DNA of 64,000 nucleotides from Eledone cirrhosa. Taxonomy: Eukaryota. The stretch covers positions 34,162,001-34,226,000 of the forward strand of contig OZ024758.1 of assembly GCA_964016885.1 (NCBI GenBank). Direction: 5' to 3'. Below are positions 51,801 through 64,000 of this stretch, in pieces. The notes below the pieces were generated by a model that saw nothing but the letters and a program-made list of their open reading frames with translations, did no database searches and was not told the DNA's origin. The translations under genes and the position numbers were made by a program. Within the stretch, counting starts at the first letter, position 1; each line of letters starts with the position of its first letter.

Positions 51801-54800
51801 CTCCACTGTTGGTGAGAATTCATTTAAGTTCATGGTATTAGCTGTCAGAAGTAACTCCACTGTTGGTGAGAATTCATTTAAGTCATGGTATTAGCTGTCA
51901 GAAGTAACTCCATTGTTGGTGAGAATTCATTTAAGCCATGGTACTAGCTGTCAGAAGTAACTCCACTGTTGGTGAGAATTCATTTAAGTTCATGGTACTA
52001 GCTGTCAGAAGTAACTCCACTGTTGGTGAGAATTCATTTAAGTTCATGGTACTAGCTGTCAGAAGTAACTCCACTGTTGGTGAGAATTCATTTAAGTTCA
52101 TGGTATTAGTTTGTCAGAAGTAACTCCACTGTTGGTGAGAATTCATTTAAGTCATGGTATTAGTTGTCAGAAGTAACTCCAATGTTGCTGAGAATTCATT
52201 TAAGTTCATGGTATTAGCTGTCAGAAGTAACTCAACTGTTTGTGAGAATTCATTTAAGTTCATGGTATTAGCTGTCTGAAGTAACTCCACTGTTGGTGAG
52301 AATTCATTTAAGTCATGGTATTAGCTGTCAGAAGTAACTCCATTGTTGGTGAGAATTCATTTAAGTCATGGTATTAGTTGTCAGAAGTAACTCCAATGTT
52401 GGTGAGAATTCATTTAAGTCATGGTACTAGCTGTCAGAAGTAACTCCAATGTTGGTGAGAATTCATTTAAGTTCATGGTATTAGCTGTCAGAAGTAACTC
52501 CACTGTTGGTGAGAATTCATTTAAGTTCATGGTATTAGCTGTCAGAAGTAACTCCACTGTTGGTGAGAATTCATTTAAGTTCATGGTACTAGCTGTCAGA
52601 AGTAACTCCACTGTTGGTGAGAATTCATTTAAGTTCATGGTATTAGCTGTCAGAAGTAACTCCAATGTTGGTGAGAATTCATTTAAGTCTTGGTATTAGC
52701 TGTCAGAAGTAACTCCACTGTTGGTGAGAATTCATTTAAGTTCATGGTATTAGCTGTCAGAAGTAACTCCACTGTTGGTGAGAATTCATTTAAGTTCATG
52801 GTACTAGCTGTCAGAAGTAACTCCACTGTTGGTGAGAATTCATTTAAGTTCATGGTACTAGCTGTCAGAAGTAACTCCACTGTTGGTGAGAATTCATTTA
52901 AGTTCATGGTACTAGCTGTCAGAAGTAACTCCAATGTTGGTGAGAATTCATTTAAGTTCATGGTATTAGCTATCAGAAGTAACTCCACTGTTGGTGAGAA
53001 TTCATTTAAGTTCATGGTACTAGCTGTCAGAAGTAACTCCACTGTTGGTGAGAATTCATTTAAGTTCATGGTATTAGCTGTCAGAAGTCACTCCAATGTT
53101 GGTGAGAATTCATTTAAGTTCGTGGTATTAGCTGTCAGAAGTAACTCCACTGTTGGTGAGAATTCATTTAAGTTCATGGTATTAGCTGTCAGAAGTAACT
53201 CCACTGTTGGTGAGAATTCATTTAAGTTCATGGTATTAGCTGTCAGAAGTAACTTCACTGTTGGTGAGAATTCATTTAAGTTCATGGTATTAGCTGTCAG
53301 AAGGAACTCCACTGTTGGTGAGAATTCATTTAAGTCTTGGTATTAGTTGTCAGAAGTAACTCCAATGTTGGTGAGAATTCATTTAAGTTCATGGTACTAG
53401 CTGTCAGAAGTAACTCCACTGTTGGTGAGAATTCATTTAAGTTCATGGTATTAGCTGACAGAAGTAACTCCACTGTTGGTGAGAATTCATTTAAGTCATG
53501 GTATTAGCTGTCAGAAGTAACTCCATTGTTGGTGAGAATTCATTTAAGTCATGGTACTAGCTGTCAGAAGTAACTCCAATGTTGATGAGAATTCATTTAA
53601 GTTCATGGTATTAGCTGTCAGAAGTAACTCCACTGTTGGTGAGAATTCATTTAAGTTCATGGTATTAGCTGTCAGAAGGAACTCCAATGTTGGTGAGAAT
53701 TCATTTAAGTCATGGTACTAGCTGTCAGAAGTAACTCCACTGTTGGTGAGAATTCATTTAAGTTCATGGTACTAGCTGTCAGAAGTAACTCCAATGTTGG
53801 TGAGAATTCATTTAAGTTCATGGTATTAGCTGTCAGAAGGTACTCCACTGTTGGTGAGAATTCATTTAAGTTCATGGTATTAGCTGTCAGAAGTAAGTCC
53901 ACTGTTGGTGAGAATTCATTTAAGTTCATGGTACTAGTTGTCAGAAGTAACTCCACTGTTGGTAAGAATTCATTTTAGTTCATGGTATTAGTTGTCAGAA
54001 GTAACTCCACTGTTGGTGAGAATTCATTTAAGTCTTGGTATTAGTTGTCAGAAGTAACTCCAATGTTGGTGAGAATTCATTTAAGTTCATGGTACTAGCT
54101 GTCAGAAGTAACTCCACTGTTGGTGAGAATTCATTTAAGTTCATGGTATTAGCTGACAGAAGTAACTCCACTGTTGGTGAGAATTCATTTAAGTCATGGT
54201 ATTAGCTGTCAGAAGTAACTCCATTGTTGGTGAGAATTCATTTAAGTCATGGTACTAGCTGTCAGAAGTAACTCCAATGTTGATGAGAATTCATTTAAGT
54301 TCATGGTATTAGCTGTCAGAAGTAACTCCACTGTTGGTGAGAATTCATTTAAGTTCATGGTATTAGCTGTCAGAAGTAACTCCACTGTTGGTGAGAATTC
54401 ATTTAAGTTCATGGTACTAGCTGTCAGAAGTAACTCCACTGTTGGTGAGAATTCATTTAAGTTCATGGTATTAGTTTGTCAGAAGTAACTCCACTGTTGG
54501 TGAGAATTCATTTAAGTCATGGTATTAGTTGTCAGAAGTAACTCCAATGTTGCTGAGAATTCATTTAAATTCATGGTATTAGCTGTCAGAAGTAACTCCA
54601 CTGTTGGTGAGAATTCATTTAAGTTCATGGTATTAGCTGTCAGAAGTAACTCCACTGTTGGTGAGAATTCATTTAAGTCATGGTATTAGCTGTCAGAAGT
54701 AACTCCATTGTTGGTGAGAATTCATTTAAGCCATGGTACTAGCTGTCAGAAGTAACTCCACTGTTGGTGAGAATTCATTTAAGTTCATGGTACTAGCTGT

Positions 54801-57800
54801 CAGAAGTAACTCCACTGTTGGTGAGAATTCATTTAAGTTCATGGTACTAGCTGTCAGAAGTAACTCCACTGTTGGTGAGAATTCATTTAAGTTCATGGTA
54901 TTAGTTTGTCAGAAGTAACTCCACTGTTGGTGAGAATTCATTTAAGTCATGGTATTAGTTGTCAGAAGTAACTCCAATGTTGCTGAGAATTCATTTAAGT
55001 TCATGGTATTAGCTGTCAGAAGTAACTCAACTGTTTGTGAGAATTCATTTAAGTTCATGGTATTAGCTGTCTGAAGTAACTCCACTGTTGGTGAGAATTC
55101 ATTTAAGTCATGGTATTAGCTGTCAGAAGTAACTCCATTGTTGGTGAGAATTCATTTAAGTCATGGTATTAGTTGTCAGAAGTAACTCCAATGTTGGTGA
55201 GAATTCATTTAAGTCATGGTACTAGCTGTCAGAAGTAACTCCAATGTTGGTGAGAATTCATTTAAGTTCATGGTATTAGCTGTCAGAAGTAACTCCACTG
55301 TTGGTGAGAATTCATTTAAGTTCATGGTATTAGCTGTCAGAAGTAACTCCACTGTTGGTGAGAATTCATTTAAGTTCATGGTACTAGCTGTCAGAAGTAA
55401 CTCCACTGTTGGTGAGAATTCATTTAAGTTCATGGTATTAGCTGTCAGAAGTAACTCCAATGTTGGTGAGAATTCATTTAAGTCTTGGTATTAGCTGTCA
55501 GAAGTAACTCCACTGTTGGTGAGAATTCATTTAAGTTCATGGTATTAGCTGTCAGAAGTAACTCCACTGTTGGTGAGAATTCATTTAAGTTCATGGTACT
55601 AGCTGTCAGAAGTAACTCCACTGTTGGTGAGAATTCATTTAAGTTCATGGTACTAGCTGTCAGAAGTAACTCCACTGTTGGTGAGAATTCATTTAAGTTC
55701 ATGGTACTAGCTGTCAGAAGTAACTCCAATGTTGGTGAGAATTCATTTAAGTTCATGGTATTAGCTATCAGAAGTAACTCCACTGTTGGTGAGAATTCAT
55801 TTAAGTTCATGGTACTAGCTGTCAGAAGTAACTCCACTGTTGGTGAGAATTCATTTAAGTTCATGGTATTAGCTGTCAGAAGTCACTCCAATGTTGGTGA
55901 GAATTCATTTAAGTTCGTGGTATTAGCTGTCAGAAGTAACTCCACTGTTGGTGAGAATTCATTTAAGTTCATGGTATTAGCTGTCAGAAGTAACTCCACT
56001 GTTGGTGAGAATTCATTTAAGTTCATGGTATTAGCTGTCAGAAGTAACTTCACTGTTGGTGAGAATTCATTTAAGTTCATGGTATTAGCTGTCAGAAGGA
56101 ACTCCAATGTTGGTGAGAATTCATTTAAGTCATGGTACTAGCTGTCAGAAGTAACTCCACTGTTGGTGAGAATTCATTTAAGTTCATGGTACTAGCTGTC
56201 AGAAGTAACTCCAATGTTGGTGAGAATTCATTTAAGTTCATGGTATTAGCTGTCAGAAGGTACTCCACTGTTGGTGAGAATTCATTTAAGTTCATGGTAT
56301 TAGCTGTCAGAAGTAAGTCCACTGTTGGTGAGAATTCATTTAAGTTCATGGTACTAGTTGTCAGAAGTAACTCCACTGTTGGTAAGAATTCATTTTAGTT
56401 CATGGTATTAGTTGTCAGAAGTAACTCCACTGTTGGTGAGAATTCATTTAAGTCTTGGTATTAGTTGTCAGAAGTAACTCCAATGTTGGTGAGAATTCAT
56501 TTAAGTTCATGGTACTAGCTGTCAGAAGTAACTCCACTGTTGGTGAGAATTCATTTAAGTTCATGGTATTAGCTGACAGAAGTAACTCCACTGTTGGTGA
56601 GAATTCATTTAAGTCATGGTATTAGCTGTCAGAAGTAACTCCATTGTTGGTGAGAATTCATTTAAGTCATGGTACTAGCTGTCAGAAGTAACTCCAATGT
56701 TGATGAGAATTCATTTAAGTTCATGGTATTAGCTGTCAGAAGTAACTCCACTGTTGGTGAGAATTCATTTAAGTTCATGGTATTAGCTGTCAGAAGTAAC
56801 TCCACTGTTGGTGAGAATTCATTTAAGTTCATGGTACTAGCTGTCAGAAGTAACTCCACTGTTGGTGAGAATTCATTTAAGTTCATGGTATTAGTTTGTC
56901 AGAAGTAACTCCACTGTTGGTGAGAATTCATTTAAGTCATGGTATTAGTTGTCAGAAGTAACTCCAATGTTGCTGAGAATTCATTTAAATTCATGGTATT
57001 AGCTGTCAGAAGTAACTCCACTGTTGGTGAGAATTCATTTAAGTTCATGGTATTAGCTGTCAGAAGTAACTCCACTGTTGGTGAGAATTCATTTAAGTCA
57101 TGGTATTAGCTGTCAGAAGTAACTCCATTGTTGGTGAGAATTCATTTAAGCCATGGTACTAGCTGTCAGAAGTAACTCCACTGTTGGTGAGAATTCATTT
57201 AAGTTCATGGTACTAGCTGTCAGAAGTAACTCCACTGTTGGTGAGAATTCATTTAAGTTCATGGTACTAGCTGTCAGAAGTAACTCCACTGTTGGTGAGA
57301 ATTCATTTAAGTTCATGGTATTAGTTTGTCAGAAGTAACTCCACTGTTGGTGAGAATTCATTTAAGTCATGGTATTAGTTGTCAGAAGTAACTCCAATGT
57401 TGGTGAGAATTCATTTAAGTTCATGGTATTAGCTGTCAGAAGTAACTCCACTGTTGGTGAGAATTCATTTAAGTTCATGGTACTAGCTGTCAGAAGTAAC
57501 TCCACTGTTGGTGAGAATTCATTTAAGTTCATGGTACTAGCTGTCAGAAGTAACTCCAATGTTGGTGAGAATTCATTTAAGTTCATGGTATTAGCTGTCA
57601 GAAGTAACTCCACTGTTGGTGAGAATTCATTTAAGTTCATGGTACTAGCTGTCAGAAGTAACTCCACTGTTGGTGAGAATTCATTTAAGTTCATGGTATT
57701 AGCTGTCAGAAATCACTCCAATGTTGGTGAGAATTCATTTAAGTTCGTGGTATTAGCTGTCAGAAGTAACTCCACTGTTGGTGAGAATTCATTTAAGTTC

Positions 57801-59474
57801 ATGGTATTAGCTGTCAGAAGTAACTCCACTGCTGGTGAGAATTCATTTAAGTTCATGGTATTAGCTGTCAGAAGTAACTCCACTGTTGGTGAGAATTCAT
57901 TTAAGTTCATGGTATTAGCTGTCAGAAGGAACTCCAATGTTGGTGAGAATTCATTTAAGTCATGGTACTAGCTGTCAGAAGTAACTCCACTGTTGGTGAG
58001 AATTCATTTAAGTTCATGGTACTAGCTGTCAGAAGTAACTCCAATGTTGGTGAGAATTCATTTAAGTTCATGGTATTAGCTGTCAGAAGGAACTCCACTG
58101 TTGGTGAGAATTCATTTAAGTTCATGGTATTAGCTGTCAGAAGTAAGTGCACTGTTGGTGAGAATTCATTTAAGTTCATGGTACTAGTTGTCAGAAGTAA
58201 CTCCACTGTTGGTAAGAATTCATTTTAGTTCATGGTATTAGTTGTCAGAAGTAACTCCACTGTTGGTGAGAATTCATTTAAGTCTTGGTATTAGTTGTCA
58301 GAAGTAACTCCAATGTTGGTGAGAATTCATTTAAGTTCATGGTACTAGCTGTCAGAAGTAACTCCACTGTTGGTGAGAATTCATTTAAGTTCATGGTATT
58401 AGCTGTCAGAAGTAACTCCACTGTTGGTGAGAATTCATTTAAGTCATGGTATTAGCTGTCAGAAGTAACTCCATTGTTGGTGAGAATTCATTTAAGTCAT
58501 GGTACTAGCTGTCAGAAGTAACTCCAATGTTGATGAGAATTCATTTAAGTTCATGGTATTAGCTGTCAGAAGTAACTCCACTGTTGGTGAGAATTCATTT
58601 AAGTTCATGGTATTAGCTGTCAGAAGTAACTCCACTGTTGGTGAGAATTCATTTAAGTTCATGGTACTAGCTGTCAGAAGTAACTCCACTGTTGGTGAGA
58701 ATTCATTTAAGTTCATGGTATTAGTTTGTCAGAAGTAACTCCACTGTTGGTGAGAATTCATTTAAGTCATGGTATTAGTTGTCAGAAGTAACTCCAATGT
58801 TGCTGAGAATTCATTTAAATTCATGGTATTAGCTGTCAGATGTAACTCCACTGTTGGTGAGAATTCATTTAAGTTCATGGTATTAGCTGTCAGAAGTAAC
58901 TCCACTGTTGGTGAGAATTCATTTAAGTCATGGTATTAGCTGTCAGAAGTAACTCCATTGTTGGTGAGAATTCATTTAAGTCATGGTACTAGCTGTCAGA
59001 AGTAACTCCACTGTTGGTGAGAATTCATTTAAGTTCATGGTACTAGCTGTCAGAAGTAACTCCACTGTTGGTGAGAATTCATTTAAGTTCATGGTACTAG
59101 CTGTCAGAAGTAACTCCACTGTTGGTGAGAATTCATTTAAGTTCATGGTACTAGCTGTCAGAAGTAACTCCACTGTTGGTGAGAATTCATTTAAGTTCAT
59201 GGTATTAGTTTGTCAGAAGTAACTCCACTGTTGGTGAGAATTCATTTAAGTCATGGTATTAGTTGTCACAAGTAACTCCAATGTTGGTGAGAATTCATTT
59301 AAGTCATGGTACTAGCTGTCAGAAGTAACTCCAATGTTGGTGAGAATTCATTTACGTTCATGGTATTAGCTCTCAGAAGTAACTCCACTGTTGGTGAGAA
59401 TGCATTTAAGTTCATGGTATTAGCTGTCAGAAGTAACTCCACTGTTGGTGAGAATTCATTTAAGTTCATGGTAT
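42481..59474. repeat. 8,497-bp near-perfect tandem duplication within the array (copy 1 ~42481-50977, copy 2 ~50978-59474)
   Basis: All ORF starts shift by exactly 8497 (42957/51454, 44193/52690, 46988/55485, 48872/57369, 50486/58983, 50809/59306). Private variants are shared: agaaatcact at 49211/57708 and agatgtaact at 50341/58838. Confidence 0.93.
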
Positions 59475-62400
59475 TAGCTGTCAGAAGTAACTCCACTGTT
59501 GGTGAGAATTCATTTAAGTTCATGGTATTAGCTGTCAGAAGGAACTCCAATGTTGGTGAGAATTCATTTAAGTCATGGTACTAGCTGTCAGAAGTAACTC
59601 CACTGTTGGTGAGAATTCATTTAAGTTCATGGTATTAGCTGTCAGAAGTAACTCCACTGTTGGTGAGAATTCATTTAAGTTCATGGTACTAGCTGTCAGA
59701 AGTAACTCCACTGTTGGTGAGAATTCATTTAAGTTCATGGTACTAGCTGTCAGAAGTAACTCCACTGTTGGTGAGAATTCATTTAAGTTCATGGTACTAG
59801 TTGTCAGAAGTAACTCCACTGTTGGTGAGAATTCATTTAAGTTCATGGTATTAGTTTGTCAGAAGTAACTCCACTGTTGGTGAGAATTCATTTAAGTCAT
59901 GGTATTAGTTGTCAGAAGTAACTCCAATGTTGGTGAGAATTCATTTAAGTTCATGGTATTAGCTGTCAGAAGTAACTCCACTGTTGGTGAGAATTCATTT
60001 AAGTTCATGGTACTAGCTGTCAGAAGTAACTCCACTGTTGGTGAGAATTCATTTAAGTTCATGGTACTAGCTGTCAGAAGTAACTCCAATGTTGGTGAGA
60101 ATTCATTTAAGTTCATGGTATTAGCTGTCAGAAGTAACTCCACTGTTGGTGAGAATTCATTTAAGTTCATGGTACTAGCTGTCAGAAGTAACTCCACTGT
60201 TGGTGAGAATTCATTTAAGTCCATGGTATTAGCTGTCAGAAGTCACTCCAATGTTGGTGAGAATTCATTTAAGTTCGTGGTATTAGCTGTCAGAAGTAAC
60301 TCCACTGTTGGTGAGAATTCATTTAAGTTCATGGTATTAGCTGTCAGAAGTAACTCCACTGTTGGTGAGAATTCATTTAAGTTCATGGTATTAGCTGTCA
60401 GAAGTAACTCCACTGTTGGTGAGAATTCATTTAAGTTCATGGTATTAGCTGTCAGAAGGAACTCCAATGTTGGTGAGAATTCATTTAAGTCATGGTACTA
60501 GCTGTCAGAAGTAACTCCACTGTTGGTGAGAATTCATTTAAGTTCATGGTACTAGCTGTCAGAAGTAACTCCAATGTTGGTGAGAATTCATTTAAGTTCA
60601 TGGTATTAGCTGTCAGAAGGAACTCCACTGTTGGTGAGAATTCATTTAAGTTCATGGTATTAGCTGTCAGAAGTAAGTGCACTGTTGGTGAGAATTCATT
60701 TAAGTTCATGGTACTAGTTGTCAGAAGTAACTCCACTGTTGGTGAGAATTCATTTAAGTTCATGGTACTAGCTGTCAGAAGTAACTCCACTGTTGGTGAG
60801 AATTCATTTAAGTTCATGATATTAGCTGTCAGAAGTAACTCCACTGTTGGTGAGAATTCATTTAAGTCATGGTATTAGCTGTCAGAAGTAACTCCATTGT
60901 TGGTGAGAATTCATTTAAGTTCATGGTACTAGCTGTCAGAAGTAACTCCACTGTTGGTGAGAATTCATTTAAGTTCATGATATTAGCTGTCAGAAGTAAC
61001 TCCACTGTTGGTGAGAATTCATTTAAGTCATGGTATTAGCTGTCAAAAGTAACTCCATTGTTGGTGAGAATTCATTTAAGTCATGGTACTAGCTGTCAGA
61101 AGTAACTCCAATGTTGATGAGAATTCATTTAAGTTCATGGTATTAGCTGTCAGAAGTAACTCCACTGTTGGTGAGAATTCATTTAAGTTCATGGTATTAG
61201 CTGTCAGAAGTAACTCCACTGTTGGTGAGAATTCATTTAAGTTCATGGTACTAGCTGTCAGAAGTAACTCCACTGTTGGTGAGAATTCATTTAAGTTCAT
61301 GGTATTAGTTTGTCAGAAGTAACTCCACTGTTGGTGAGAATTCATTTAAGTTCATGGTACGAGCTGTCAGAAGTAACTCCACTGTTGGTGAGAATTCATT
61401 TAAGTTCATGGTACTAGCTGTCAGAAGTAACTCCACTGTTGGTGAGAATTCATTTAAGTTCATGGTACTAGCTGTCAGAAGTAACTCCACTGTTGGTGAG
61501 AATTCATTTAAGTTCATGGTATTAGTTTGTCAGAAGTAACTCCACTGTTGGTGAGAATTCATTTAAGTCATGGTATTAGTTGTTACAAGTAACTCCAATG
61601 TTGGTGAGAATTCATTTAAGTCATGGTACTAGCTGTCAGAAGTAACTCCAATGTTGGTGAGAATTCATTTACGTTCATGGTATTAGCTCTCAGAAGTAAC
61701 TCCACTGTTGGTGAGAATGCATTTAAGTTCATGGTATTAGCTGTCAGAAGTAACTCCACTGTTGGTGAGAATTCATTTAAGTTCATGGTATTAGCTGTCA
61801 GAAGTAACTCCACTGTTGGTGAGAATTCATTTAAGTTCATGGTATTAGCTGTCAGAAGGAACTCCAATGTTGGTGATAATTCATTTAAGTCATGGTACTA
61901 GCTGTCAGAAGTAACTCCACTGTTGGTGAGAATTCAATTAAGTTCATGGTATTAGCTGTCAGAAGTAACTCCACTGTTGGTGAGAATTCATTTAAGTTCA
62001 TGGTACTAGCTGTCAGAAGTAACTCCACTGTTGGTGAGAATTCATTTAAGTTCATGGTACTAGCTGTCAGAAGTAACTCCACTGTTGGTGAGAATTCATT
62101 TAAGTTCATGGTACTAGCTGTCAGAAGTAACTCCAATGTTGGTGAGAATTCATTTAAGTTCATGGTATTAGCTGTCAGAAGTAACTCCACTGTTGGTGAG
62201 AATTCATTTAAGTTCATGGTACTAGCTGTCAGAAGTAACTCCACTGTTGGTGAGAATTCATTTAAGTTCATGGTATTAGCTGTCAGAAGTCACTCCAATG
62301 TTGGTGAGAATTCATTTAAGTTCGTGGTATTAGCTGTCAGAAGTAACTCCACTGTTGGTGAGAATTCATTTAAGTTCATGGTATTAGCTGTCAGAAGTAA

Positions 62401-64000
62401 CTCCACTGTTGGTGAGAATTCATTTAAGTTCATGGTATTAGCTGTCAGAAGTAACTCCACTGTTGGTGAGAATTCATTTAAGTTCATGGTATTAGCTGTC
62501 AGAAGGAACTCCAATGTTGGTGAGAATTCATTTAAGTCATGGTACTAGCTGTCAGAAGTAACTCCACTGTTGGTGAGAATTCATTTAAGTTCATGGTACT
62601 AGCTGTCAGAAGTAACTCCAATGTTGGTGAGAATTCATTTAAGTTCATGGTATTAGCTGTCAGAAGGAACTCCACTGTTGGTGAGAATTCATTTAAGTTC
62701 ATGGTATTAGCTGTCAGAAGTAAGTCCACTGTTGGTGAGAATTCATTTAAGTTCATGGTACTAGTTGTCAGAAGTAACTCCACTGTTGGTAAGAATTCAT
62801 TTTAGTTCATGGTATTAGTTGTCAGAAGTAACTCCACTGTTGGTGAGAATTCATTTAAGTCTTGGTATTAGTTGTCAGAAGTAACTCCAATGCTGGTGAG
62901 AATTCATTTAAGTTCATGGTACTAGCTGTCAGAAGTAACTCCACTGTTGGTGAGAATTCATTTAAGTTCATGGTATTAGCTGTCAGAAGTAACTCCACTG
63001 TTGGTGAGAATTCATTTAAGTCATGGTATTAGCTGTCAGAAGTAACTCCATTGTTGGTGAGAATTCATTTAAGTCATGGTACTAGCTGTCAGAAGTAACT
63101 CCACTGTTGGTGAGAATTCATTTAAGTTCATGGTACTAGCTGTCAGAAGTAACTCCACTGTTGGTGAGAATTCATTTAAGTTCATGGTACTAGCTGTCAG
63201 AAGTAACTCCACTGTTGGTGAGAATTCATTTAAGTTCATGGTACTAGCTGTCAGAAGTAACTCCACTGTTGGTGAGAATTCATTTAAGTTCATGGTATTA
63301 GTTTGTCAGAAGTAACTCCACTGTTGGTGAGAATTCATTTAAGTCATGGTATTAGTTGTTACAAGTAACTCCAATGTTGGTGAGAATTCATTTAAGTCAT
63401 GGTACTAGCTGTCAGAAGTAACTCCAATGTTGGTGAGAATTCATTTACGTTCATGGTATTAGCTCTCAGAAGTAACTCCACTGTTGGTGAGAATGCATTT
63501 AAGTTCATGGTATTAGCTGTCAGAAGTAACTCCACTGTTGGTGAGAATTCATTTAAGTTCATGGTATTAGCTGTCAGAAGTAACTCCACTGTTGGTGAGA
63601 ATTCATTTAAGTTCATGGTATTAGCTGTCAGAAGGAACTCCAATGTTGGTGATAATTCATTTAAGTCATGGTACTAGCTGTCAGAAGTAACTCCACTGTT
63701 GGTGAGAATTCATTTAAGTTCATGGTATTAGCTGTCAGAAGTAACTCCACTGTTGGTGAGAATTCATTTAAGTTCATGGTACTAGCTGTCAGAAGTAACT
63801 CCACTGTTGGTGAGAATTCATTTAAGTCATGGTATTAGTTGTTACAAGTAACTCCAATGTTGGTGAGAATTCATTTAAGTCATGGTACTAGCTGTCAGAA
63901 GTAACTCCAATGTTGGTGAGAATTCATTTACGTTCATGGTATTAGCTCTCAGAAGTAACTCCACTGTTGGTGAGAATGCATTTAAGTTCATGGTATTAGC

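Larger units (their letters stand above)
1..64000. repeat. Satellite DNA array, 54-bp monomer (53- and 55-bp indel variants), single orientation, extends beyond both window ends
   Basis: Positions 1-54 (tcatggtactagctgtcagaagtaactccactgttggtgagaattcatttaagt) recur continuously to 64000, typically with 0-3 differences per unit. The ORF track shows the same 18-aa repeat on the same strands throughout. Confidence 0.99.

Noticed and set aside
156-63677. About 200 ORFs on both strands as protein-coding genes
   Set aside because: All are read-throughs of the 54-bp monomer, bounded by recurrent indels or point stops. They have no unique domains and overlap in antisense throughout.
1-64000. CRISPR array
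   Set aside because: There are no unique spacers, since the whole unit is repeated, and no cas genes or leader.
1-64000. Telomeric repeat, rRNA/tRNA array or transposon insertion
   Set aside because: No telomere motif, RNA gene sequence, terminal repeats, target-site duplications or non-monomer sequence was seen.
1-64000. Variant order as a deliberate code or synthetic data storage
   Set aside because: The pattern is explained by nested duplications with inherited private mutations, as expected from satellite evolution.

Overview
The whole 64 kb window is one uninterrupted head-to-tail tandem array of a ~54-bp, ~37% GC monomer (consensus TTCATGGTA[T/C]TAGCTGTCAGAAGTAACTCCA[C/A]TGTTGGTGAGAATTCATTTAAG; about 1,190 copies; one EcoRI site per unit; no CpG in the consensus). 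I saw no unique sequence, inversion, transposon insertion, RNA gene or credible protein-coding gene. Every ORF in the track is the 18-codon monomer read through on either strand until a recurrent 1-bp indel or point stop ends it. This looks like eukaryotic satellite DNA, possibly centromeric or heterochromatic, but I do not recognise the family or species. The information is in the variants. Diagnostic SNVs and indels define an ordered multi-monomer cassette (a variable-length higher-order repeat), nested duplications with offsets of 161 bp to 8,497 bp, and spatial layers in which younger variant sets sit between two similar older flanks. I found no support for a new gene-encoded system. The most novel candidate is the satellite itself and its layered higher-order structure.
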